A stretch of DNA of 64,000 nt from the NCBI RefSeq assembly GCF_009914755.1, contig NC_060928.1. One strand, given 5' to 3'. Position numbers and translations under genes: made by a program. This document shows positions 13,540 to 23,710 of the stretch, in pieces. The notes beneath the pieces were generated by a model that saw nothing but the letters and a program-made list of their open reading frames with translations, made no database searches and had not been told where the DNA came from. This DNA is from the human T2T-CHM13v2.0 reference genome, Homo sapiens. Position 1 is the first letter of the stretch, and the number at the start of each line of letters is the position of its first letter.

Positions 13540-15268
13540 TTACCCCAGTGTCCTGGGCCAGGCGTTTGGAGGCTCAGATGAAAACCTTCTGTCAACTCCC
13601 AAAATCCTCTTTATAGGATCAAAGTATATGTGCCATCTCAGTAATATAAATTTATGTATATAATAACTGAATGCTCTATTCATTCGTTTGCTGGATGTGA
13701 TGTTGCATTGGGAATACAATGGATAACAAAAGCAAAGTAATTAAGGCAATATTGAGTTTCCCTTGCAGAGCAAGAGCAGATGATTATATTGCCATAACCT
13801 TTGGAGTCGGACAGTAACCTTAGCTGATCAGCAACTCATTTTTCACCCGATGTCATTCTGTTCTCTTCTGGCCTCCTCCTAACCATACTGTAGATGAATA
13901 GCCATGCTCCTAGATTTACTGTTCTGCCACTGACTGAGGAAGCAGCTGCTGATGCTGTGATGATGCATGCAGTCTAGGGATGCCAGGCTTTTACTTCTAT
14001 CAGGGACATTTTTTCCTTATTGGTTTTTAAATAAGCAATTTTATATTTCATACTGGCAGTGCTACATCTCAGCCTGAAGAAGGGCTAATGGCCGAAAATA
14101 TTTTATGTGAGTTTCACATGGGGGCATATTCTACCATCAAAGGAGCTTAATTGCTATGATGGGAAATGGCTTTGGCATGGAAATGCCAGGGAGCATTTTT
14201 GAGTTCCTCTTGAAACAAAAAGAGAAAAAGAGAATCAGACAGACACAGAGAAGCAAACACATATTGACAGATACACACAGTAGGTAGTACACTCAGTTCT
14301 ATTCCTGGTACCAGAAGGAGTTCTTTAACTGGATAGAGACAACAAAAAGGGTTAGCTAACAGAAACCATGCATGTACTCTGGATGATCTACATGGACTAT
14401 TATGTGGTCATCTTAAACATATAGATGTACCTATGTGTATACGCATATGTGTATACACACTTAAAACCATATATGTGACACACAGAGTAGTAGAATTAAG
14501 TGTAGTTCTGATTTTTAAACTATGAATCCTTATTCTGGTAATGTAATGAAAGTTATGAGAGTGCTGTTTCTCTTCTTTGTGTTGCTTATTTCCTCTTTCT
14601 TAGACCTATGTTCATATCCATGTGTCAGAAACTAATTGCAGAAAATCCTTGGCCTCTCTGTTGAGAATGAAGTTTATAGTCTTAGACAACTTCATTTTCC
14701 ATAGTGTTAGACTTTTCTGATCCTATTTGCTACTATATCAATCTATGTATTTATAAGACCTTCATGAGTTGAAATTCTAATTCAATGCATGACTTACAAA
14801 ACTATCTGTTGGGTAAGATTTTATAAAACATCTCTGTTGTAGTAATAAGAAGGTTTTCTTTGTGGTCTGTTGTTTGTTCTATCAATGATGCTTTAGCTTT
14901 TGGTTGAAAAAGAACAAATCCCCACCTTGGCATATTGTTGCCTGGAAATTTGTCTCCATTATTCAGAATTCTTAGGTTGTGGCTATTTTAAGTATCAAAC
15001 TATCAGATGTCACCTCCAATGTTATCAACTATGTTTAAGATCATGTAATTACTGCTTTGTTGAAATTTTGCTGCATAAATAAAAAGAGTTACTGACAGCA
15101 CCAGATATGCAGGTACAAAAATATTTCCTTTCTTATTAAGTATAAGAATGATACTTTTAAAAAGAAAATATAAATCTAATTTTATATCCCCCTAAAATGT
15201 TTAATCATTTGATATTTTTTCAGAACAAATTGCAACAGAAGCGGAATATTGCCTGAAGCATGCACGTG

Positions 15269-15337
15269 GCACACACAGACACACACGTGCCCACACGATA
15301 CATATTCATACACACACACACACACACACACACACAT
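15269..15337 (+). repeat. CA-rich/(CA)n microsatellite
   Basis: Direct read. Confidence 0.85.
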
Positions 15338-15889
15338 CTCCAGAAGTTAAATTCAGATAACAGAAGTGGAGAATTTTCATGGATAATAGGATCTATGATG
15401 AATCTTGCAGAGTAAAAATTGAATGACCATGTTGCTAGTGTACTAGATGGTTCCATTATCTGTCCTGCACAGGGAGGAGCAATCCTAAATACTGCACTTA
15501 TTCTGTCGGCCCCTCCCCGCCAAGATGAATTTATCAGGAATTGATACCCACTGGAGTAGGGGCCATATTTAGGATGAAAAGCCATGATTACATTTTTTCT
15601 CAAATTTGAGAAACCAAGCTAAAAGGTCCTATAGACCAGGGAGTTGAAGTTGCCATTTTAGAGCACAAGGTAAGTTAGCAGGAAAAATGAGTGTGTAGAA
15701 TGAGAAAAAGCAAGGAGATTCAATGACAGGCATCACGTGGCCCTTGAAGAAAAAAGGGGAAAAGAATATCAATCACATGACCTTGATCCAGGACCCTTGA
15801 GACACCCCCCCCCGACCCCCACCGGAGTCATTATTTTCAATATGGCATTGTTTTTTAGGTTTAATTCCTTTCATGTGAAGAAATGGGTA

Positions 15890-16000
15890 GAAGCTACAAG
15901 GAGTCTGAGAAATTCTTCAGCCCAGCACTTGATTTTACAGATTGGTGAACAGAAGTTTATTGAAGTTAAAAACAGAAAACTTGTTCAAAATCACATAGTG
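15890..16000 (-). mobile_element. MIR fragment
   Basis: ATTTTACAGATTGGTGAACAGAAG..AACTTGTTCAAAATCACATAG. Confidence 0.5.
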
Positions 16001-16443
16001 ACATAATCAGTTCCCCTTCCTTAGCATAGATACATACAATATAGTCCAGAGGAATATTTGTTATCAATAATAGTATCATTTGCAGAGACATGAATACTAA
16101 TAATATTCTCACTTCTAATCTTTGAAAATATTTCTTCTACAGGTTTTCAGGGAAAAAATTGCTTTTCTGATGGATGGTCTGGAGCATTCATTCACTAAGA
16201 AAATGTGAGGCCCTCCATGATCTTTCCCAAGTTATATTTCTAGACTCATCTGTACTAGTCATACTTGGGGACCCTGTGGTCTAGCCACGTTGTTCCCTGA
16301 AATCCTGAAATGCCAAGTTTTACTATTTAAAAATGTATTTTATTTACATATTTATATGTATATATATATATGTGTGTGTGTGTGCGTGTATATATATATA
16401 TAAATATACATGCATTTGCTAATAATATTTCTTTTTCCTAGAA

Positions 16444-17291
16444 CAGCAGTTCTGCATCCTGGCTGTATATTAGAAGTTCCTGATGCCCAGAGCTGTCAGG
16501 TCCTGATTTAATTAGTCTGTGTTGTGGTATCAGCTAACTGAAGTATAATTTATGTACAATAAAAATTCATCCATTTAACTATACAGCTTGATGAAATTTG
16601 TTAACTGTACAGCCATATAACCACCATCACAATCAAGACTTAGCACAGTTCTATCTCCTTACAAAGTTTCCTTGTGCCCTTTGTTAGTTGATCCCCTCTC
16701 CTGACACCTGGCCCCAGCTAACCACTGATCTATCTTCTGTCACTATAGTTTTGCCTTTTCTAAAACTTTATATAAATGAGACCATATAGTGTGTATTCAT
16801 TTAGATTTGACTTTCTCTACTTAGCATACATTTATGCTTTTGAGATTCATTCATATTGCTGCATATTTTAATATTTTTTCCTTTTTGTTGCTGAGTAGAA
16901 TTCCATAGTATGGATAAGCCATAATTCATTGATCTTTTTACCAGTCAATGGAGAGTTGAGCTGTTTCCAGTTATTTGGATATTATAAATAATGTTCCCAT
17001 GGATATCTGCATACAAGTCTTTGTGTGGACATATGTTTTAATATCTCTGGGAGCAGAACTGCTGGGTTACATGGTAAGTAAATTATTGCTTTTATAGATA
17101 TTGCCATATTGTTTCTCAATATCATTTGCATTTTCACAGTAATGTGTGAGAAGTCCAGTTGTTTCACATTCTCACCAATACTTAGTATTGTTAGACTTTT
17201 AAACTTTGGCCATTCTATTGAGCATGTAGGAACATCTCAGTATTAAGTCAAGCATCAGTATTTTAAAAATACTCTCAGGTGACTCTAATAT
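16444..17291 (+). mobile_element. MER5A-like DNA transposon split by an L1 (pieces ~16444-16534 and ~17250-17291)
   Basis: CAGCAGTTCTGCATCCTGGCTGTATATTAGAA..CTGATTTAATTAGTCTG..TGGTATCAG resumes as GCATCAGTATTTTAAAAATACTCTCAGGTGACTCTAAT. Confidence 0.65.
16535..17242 (-). mobile_element. L1MB/MC-type 3' end
   Basis: TGAAGTATAATTTATGTACAATAAAAATTCATCCATTT..ACCACCATCACAATCAAGA..CTAACCACTGATCT..TTTTGCCTTTTCTA. Confidence 0.85.
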
Positions 17292-18087
17292 CACCTACAT
17301 GTTCTCATTGTTCAGCTCCCATTTATGAGTGAGAACTTGTGGTGTTTGGTTTTCTGTCCCTGTGTTAGTTTGCTGAGGATAATGGCTTCCAGCTTCAGCC
17401 ATGTCCCTACAAAGGACATGATCTCATTCCTTTTTACGGCTGTATAGTTTTCCATGGTATATATGTACCACATTTTCTTTATCCAGTCTATCACTGATGG
17501 GCGTTTGAGTTGATTCTGTGTCTTTTCTATTGTGAATAGTGCTGCAATACACATACTATAATGGAATGATTTACACTCTATTGGGTATATACCCAATAAT
17601 GGGATTGCTGGGTCAAATGATATTTCTGGTTTTAGATCTTTGAGGAATAGCCACACTGTCTTCCACAATTGTTGAACTAATTTATGTTCCCAACAACAGT
17701 GTCAAAGTGTTTCTATTTCTCCACAGCCTCACCAGCATCTGTTGTTTCTTGACTTTTTAACGATCACCATTCTGACTAGCAGGAGATGGTATCTCACTGT
17801 AGTTTTGATTTGCATTTCTCTAATGATGAGTGATGTCGAGTTTTTTTTTTTTCATTTGTTTGTTGGCTGCATAAATGTCTTTTGAGAAGTGTCTGTTCGT
17901 GTCCTTTGCCCCCTTTTTGATGGGGTTGTTTTTTAAAAAATTTGTTTAACTTTTTTTGTAAATTCTGGATATTGGACCTTGTCAGACAGGTAGATTGCAA
18001 AAATTTTCTCCCATTCTGTAGATTGCCTGTTTGCTCTGATAATCATTTCTTTTGCTGTGCAGAAGCTCTTTAGTTTAATTAGATCCC
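17292..18087 (-). mobile_element. L1P (older L1PA-type) ORF2-end/3'UTR fragment without tail
   Basis: ORF 17312-17668 (FDPAIPLLGIYP..WIKKMWYIYTME..LEAIILSKL) is the L1 ORF2 C-terminus. Confidence 0.9.
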
Positions 18088-18202
18088 TAAATGGTACCTA
18101 TCTCAAAGGGTTAATATGATCACTGAATGGATTAGTAGTCATATAACATTTTGAACTGTGCCTAGCACATGGTAAGCAGTATGTGAGTACTCACTATTTT
18201 TA
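18088..18202 (+). mobile_element. MIR 3' half
   Basis: GGTACCTATCTCAAAGGGTT..GAACTGTGCCTAGCACATGGTAAGCA. Confidence 0.65.
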
Positions 18203-19150
18203 GAGTTTACTTATGTGTTTCTGCTCTGTGGTGTCCAGGGGTGGTTTGTAACAATAATTTTAAAAAGCTGAGATATTAGAAAGAGAGGGGAGCTTGAGGG
18301 AAAAGAGAGAGACTAGGATTACTTTTCCTAATATTGGCTTTGAAAAAACTGAAAATGAAATATCCATTTAACCCCTGTCAGTCCAGTTCTCTAGAGTGAG
18401 GCTTCATGGTCTCATTGGAGTGCTCACCCCCTTCAAATCCCATTTCCCCCCAAGGTAAAGCACCAGGACATTCAGCTGATGTCTGACTCTAGAGATTGTT
18501 CCCACTTAGTCTGGCTGCTGTCACTTGTTTCATCAAGAGCCAGTTCTGATCTCCAGCCAGTAGATCCAGCTTTTCAGTTTTCTCCCTTTACCAGCTGGTC
18601 AGATACTAATGCTTAAAAGCACCCCACTGTCCTGAAGGTGGTATTTTTATTAGAGCAGTTGCTGGAAATTTGGTGAGGCTTGCTTCTCAGCAATTTAGGA
18701 ACTTTTAAATTTGTTTTACAGTGTATCTTTTCTTCCATGATAGAGAAGTCCTGTTTATGTATTAGAGGGTATACCTTTTCAAAGGAGCTGATTAGGATGA
18801 TTTCTAGTTGAAATAAATAAAGTATTTCATTGGATCCTAGAAACAATAATCTGACTATACTCAGATCGTATTCATGCTGTGGGAGGAAAGAGCCACTGAG
18901 ATTATTTGAAGTTTTACTGTTACTGCTAGGGTTGAGGAGAAGAGAGCAGCTTTGAGCAAGGAGACATCTTTCTTCAAATGCCGTATCTCTGGGGCCTGGT
19001 GAGGTTGGGGGTATTCCTTTCTTTAAACATTGAATATTTTGCAGCCACCCTATGGTGCAGAATCCTACCAGATGTTCCTGGCCCCTTCTGGCTGGGTCTG
19101 GCCACGGTAGGACACAGAGTGCTTGCTGTCCTTGCTGCTCTTGGAAGTCT

Positions 19151-19330
19151 GGCTGGGAGTTCTCTGCAGGATTAGAATATGGTGCTAATGAGGCCTGGGC
19201 CACAAGGTGGATCCAGGTGTGAGCCAGTCACCTTTGCACAGAGAAAAGCTTTGTCCTTTGGTCTCAGTTTGCACCTAGCCCTTGAGAGCCATTCTAAAAA
19301 TGGGTCAGAAGGGGAACCAGGTGAGAGAAT
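19151..19330 (+). mobile_element. tRNA-Ile(AAT)-derived ancient SINE (MamSINE1-like)
   Basis: GGCTGGGAG..GATTAGAATATGGTGCTAATGAGGCC..GGATCC..GAGCCAGTCACCTTTGCACAGAGAAAA parallels tRNA-Ile GGCCGGTTAGCTCAGTTGGTTAGAGCGTGGTGCTAATAACGCC plus a SINE body. Confidence 0.5.
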
Positions 19331-19559
19331 GTTCATGAATAGGGGATTCATTTTCACTATAGGGAAATCAAAGCACAGGACTTAATAAACCCAAGTTTAT
19401 AGTAACATCTTTATTGGTGTGGGCTAGTGGGTGGTAATTAATAGGAGACAGACACCCAAACCAAAACATGAAGCTACACAGAAGTACCTGCTGCGGACAC
19501 ACATCAGTGGAGACACAGGCCATTTACCCATGCTGTCCAGGAGGAAAACAAGGAATTTA

Positions 19560-21060
19560 GTTAAACATATACTTATTGATTGAACACCTAATACAGCAAG
19601 CCACTCTTCAGGTTGCTGAGTGGGGCACTTAGTGAGTTTCTATTATCAGAGAACTTAATTTTGGCAGGCAGTAGAAATAAGTACACAGATAACTAAAATA
19701 CAAGAAAGTGTTAGGTGAATTACAAAAAGTACAACCAAAATATAAAGATTCTGGGAGGGAAAAGTCACAATTACAGAATACACCATTGATTAACCCAATA
19801 TATATTCCCCTCTATTTTCCTTCCTCACTGATTTTTGATTTTATTTAGTATCTGCCATTCTCCACACAATTATGGGCTTCAGGGGAAACTGACCTCATGC
19901 CCAGCTTCTGAGAATTTAAACTGATTAGTCTAAGCCAATCCTGGGAATCTCATTATCCCCTCCTGTGCATTATTTAGGAATGGTTATGCAGTCAACTGTA
20001 GCCAATAATGATGGTAAGGGAAAGCTTCTAGGGAAAGTTACCTTGCCACCTAGCAAACGGGAGAATGGATCCCTTTTTTATTGGCATGTTCCCAGCACTG
20101 GATGTGATGCGTGGTACTGCTGCAGGCATCTTGACATCAGCCTGAGACAAAAGCGAACACGTGGAGAAGCATGGAGTAAGACAAGTTTAACAAGAGGTGA
20201 ATGTTACACAAGTTGCATTCACCCAGTGGAGGTGAGAAAAATTTTATGCAAAGGCCAACATTCAAGGTGAATATAAAAGGAAAAGTAGAAGTTTGATCAT
20301 TGGAGTACAAAGAGTAAAATATTTTAGGTGATGGGGTGGTGGTAGTGGGGTGGAAATAGTCCAGGTTCAGAAAAAAAATCAGAAAAAAGGCACAGGGATT
20401 TGAAAGTTTAAAATATGTACATTCAGACTAAAATTTGATAATTTTATGCATTTTCATTTTACTGTATAAGGGATATAGACCATTTGTGGAGATTGTTAAA
20501 GATAGTTATAAAAAAGGAAAAGAATCAGATACATGAGAGATTAAAATATGCAAATGATAATAAAAGGTCCACACACAGAAGGTTGAAGAGAAGAAAAATG
20601 GAGTTTCTAAATCCTACACAGTCTCCAGGTTGGAATATGACTTTCAAATTTCCATGACCAAATGAAAAGGAAACCTGGTAAATTCCATAGATCTCGTTGC
20701 ACATTTGAAGAAAACATGCTAATTCATAAAGAATATTTATTTATGTGAATATTTATATGGGGGACAATGAAAGATGTAAAGGCTAATATCCTCATCAAAT
20801 TTTCTACAATTAATTCATCATTGGTTCCAATGCTTTTTTCAACTAAGGGCAAATCAAAGTATATAAAATTCTCAGTGGAGTCTTGAGAAGAGAAGCAGGC
20901 AAGGTTAAGTTGGACCATACAGTGCAGAGATTTGGATGACAGGATAAGAACTTTGGAATTCATTCCATAGGCAATTGGAAAATGTGAAGGAGTTTAACTG
21001 AAGAGTAACTTGATCACAGCTGATTTCCTGGAGAGTTTAATCTATTAATGGTCTGTAAAT
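19560..21060 (-). mobile_element. Fragmented L2 (host of the MLT1 LTR)
   Basis: TTATTGATTGAACACCTA.. near 19575; GAACTTTGGAATTCATTCCATAGGCAATTGGAAAA..GAAGGAGTTTAA near 20950. Confidence 0.5.
19772..20190 (+). mobile_element. MaLR LTR (MLT1J/K-like)
   Basis: GGGGAAACTGACCTCATGCCCAGC..GATTAGTCTAAGCCAATC..GCTTCTAGGGAAAG..GATGTGATGCGTGGTACTGCTGCAGGCATCTTG. Confidence 0.7.
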
Positions 21061-21264
21061 CAAATCTGAAGAAGAAAATCATAGAGATAGAGAGGAAAAT
21101 AATAATATAAGAAGCAATAGGGATAAATAAACAGAAAAAAATGGTTAAAGAATCTTAAGAAAAGACATTGCTCAACTTTGTGCTGGTAAATTTCAATATC
21201 TGTCAATAACATGTACAATTTTCAAGAAAAATGAAAAACCAACAGACTCCGAAGCACGCCAAAT

Positions 21265-21525
21265 AAAAAAAGTCAGATACAAAAGTGTATGAGCCTTACT
21301 GTATGATTTCATTTATACAAATTAAAGAATATACAAAAATTCTGTAGTGATAGAAATCAATGGTTGCCTGGGGGAGAGTTTGGATTGACTATCAAGAGGT
21401 ACGAGGAGACTTTTGGGGGTGAAAAATGGTCTATATTTTGATTACAAGCACTCGTTATAGGTGAATACATTAGTCAAAACTAGAACTACGCAGTTTTTTT
21501 CTGTACATAAATTATACTTCAGGGA
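21265..21525 (+). mobile_element. L1ME-type 3' end nested in older L1 ORF2 sequence (~21130-21715)
   Basis: TACTGTATGATTTCATTTATA..GTGATAGAAATCAATGGTTGCCTGGGG..ACTTTTGGGGGTGA..AAATTATACTTCA. Confidence 0.75.
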
Positions 21526-21720
21526 AAAAAAGCACAGTATGACAAAATAAAAACTAAATATAGAAGAGACAGGAAATCTAAACAAACTGGATTCTGTTGA
21601 AGAACAGATAAACAGATAAAGCTGTCAAAGAGCTTCTCCAAAGCATTATTAGGTTCTAATGTTTTCACAGGAGAAGTCTTTCAAATCTTTGAAGATCAGC
21701 AAATCTGATGCTGTTTGTAC

Positions 21721-22000
21721 CTGTACTACTGAAAGTGTGGTCCTTGGGCCAGCAGCCGATCCATGCTTATAGCCAGCATTGTAACTGGTTAGTGACAGGA
21801 ATGTAAATCCTGTTATGTAAACTCTTATGTAACTATGTTACATAAGGAATGTAAATCAAGTATGTCACTAAACATGCCGTTTAGTCCAGTTAATTTTTTT
21901 TTAAACTAAGACTTTCTCAATGATAGGAATAGTACATGGATTTTCATTCTGGTGCACTCTTCTTATCTTGCTGAAGTTGGGCTCTTTGAAGGGCTCTGGC
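21721..22000. mobile_element. hAT-Charlie fossil (Charlie4-like)
   Basis: CTGTACTACTGAAAGTGTGGTCC terminus; AATGTAAATCAA..GTCACTAA..AAGACTTTCTCAATGA..CATTCTGGTGCA. Confidence 0.5.
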
Positions 22001-22039
22001 TTGCACTATTAAAGAATGTGGACATCAAGAGAAAATGTC

Positions 22040-22262
22040 TGCATCAGTTGTAGTCCCAACAGGACAGCGATGGCATACTCATATTAGGGTATCTAAGAAG
22101 GTTTAATAAAGGAGCTATTTATAAATGTGTGTGCAGGGCGTAAGGGACCACCAGGAATAGTGTAGCATACCCAACAATTGGCTGGTAACAGGAGAACTAA
22201 TGCTCCAGTTAGGCCCAAAGGGATGAGGAATGTGAGCGGTTATCAGAACCCAGAAGAGAGAT
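22040..22262 (-). mobile_element. ERVL LTR fragment (LTR40/LTR41-like)
   Basis: GTCCCAACAGGACAGCGATGGCATACTCA..GTTTAATAAAGGAGCTATTTATAAA..GGGCGTAAGGGACCACCAGG. Confidence 0.55.
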
Positions 22263-22349
22263 ATAGTGCATCATATGATAAAAATAGCGATTTTTCTTTT
22301 ATTGAGTATTTTATCAAGAATGAATATTAAATTTTGCTAAATTCTTTTT

Positions 22350-23241
22350 CAACATGTATGCTATAACATCCCCAAAGCAAACACATTACTTATTGAGAAA
22401 TTATAAGAAACATTCCCATTAAAGAACAAGAGAAACATGCTTGCTATGGCCACTGTTCTTCAACATTGTACTGGAAGTATAAGCCAAGGTGATTAGACAG
22501 TAGAAATAAGCAGTATAAAAATTGGAAAGTGGCAGGAAAAATGCATCTTATTTTCAAATAGTTGATTGTTTAATGTAAAACCCTAGAGAATTAATTTAAA
22601 ACCACTAAACAATCAAAACAGCCACAAAATTAACATATAGTAATCAAATATAAAAAGAACAACTAGTTAGAAGATGTGATTAAAAAAATACCTTCCCACT
22701 TACAATAGCGCTAAAAAAGGTAAAACTATCTAGGCTAAACAGGAAATATGTAAGACCTAAGAAAACTCAAAAACACTCTTAAAATGTACAAGATCCAAAT
22801 ACATGAAAATGCATACTATATTTTTATATAAGAATGTTTAACATTATAAAGATGATAATACTCTCTATTTTACAAATTAAAACACTCTTGATTATAATAA
22901 AAATGCCACAGCTGCTTTTTTTTTGAGGATGGGGCAGAAGGAGGGAGCTGAAAAAGATGATCCTAAGTGTCATATGGGAAAATAAAACAATTCCAGGAAT
23001 ACTCTTAAAAAATGAGTACTGAGAAAAAATATCATACCGATATTAACATATATTAGAAAGTCTCAAAATTTAAAGAGTGTACTATTGGACTGTGAAAACG
23101 AAACAGAACAAAATAAAACTGGCCAATAAAATTGAATGGAAAGTCCTAAATAGACAGAAATGCATATAGCAATAATATATGAAAATGGTGACATCTCAAA
23201 TACAAGGATGAAAAAAGGTGCTCTCAATACATGTTTTGGCT
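22350..23241 (+). mobile_element. Old L1M ORF2 fragment (left part of LTR host)
   Basis: AAACATTCCCATTAAAG..TTCAACATTGTACTGGAAG..CCCACTTACAATAGC..: decayed ORF2 in sense. Confidence 0.75.
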
Positions 23242-23356
23242 AGTAAACTAAAAATAAAATCCTAAGCCTCCCAGCTGACTGAGTGGACCCTATCTTGGCC
23301 AAGGGGACCCCTGAGAAACCTGAAACACTGAGTTCTTGGCTGTGATGGGATGAGAG

Positions 23357-23688
23357 TGAGACAGCAAGGTGGGAGGGGGTCTCCAAAGAAACTCCAGCCA
23401 GCGTGTGCACTGGGAGGAATGCACACCAGGGCAGAGCCTGGGTAAGTTCCTGCCATTTGAAGCAGGGAGGAGCCTGGCTCCTTCTTTTCCTACATGGAAC
23501 CTGGGATCCCAATGACCGAGCAGGAAGTGCTCTAGCAGAGGGACACTGTCCTGGTGAAAGTCCCTGTTTCCCCCTTTTTACCCAATAAAACCCTGTCTTA
23601 CTCACCATTTAAATTGTGAGCCTGAATTTTCATGGCTGTGGGACAAAGAACCCCATTTTTAGCTGAACTAAGGAAAAGTCCTGCAACA
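23357..23688 (+). mobile_element. 5' LTR (MER61-like)
   Basis: TG..CA ends, internal AATAAA, homologous to 27981-28320. Confidence 0.92.
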
Positions 23689-23692
23689 TTTT

Positions 23693-23710
23693 TGGCACCC
23701 AATGTGGGGC
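23693..23710 (+). other. Primer-binding site, tRNA-Lys(CUU)
   Basis: TGGCACCCAATGTGGGGC versus canonical TGGCGCCCAACGTGGGGC; both differences are CpG decay. Confidence 0.85.

Noticed and set aside
17312-17668. ORFs resembling a real protein (also 38763-39089)
   Set aside because: L1 ORF2 C-terminal remnants, not host genes
18613-19203. Longest ORF (196 aa, minus strand)
   Set aside because: GTG start inside a SINE relic, no recognisable domain, composition like translated non-coding DNA
23357-23688. Possible p53 response element, known in some MER61 subfamilies
   Set aside because: No paired RRRCWWGYYY half-sites seen in either LTR
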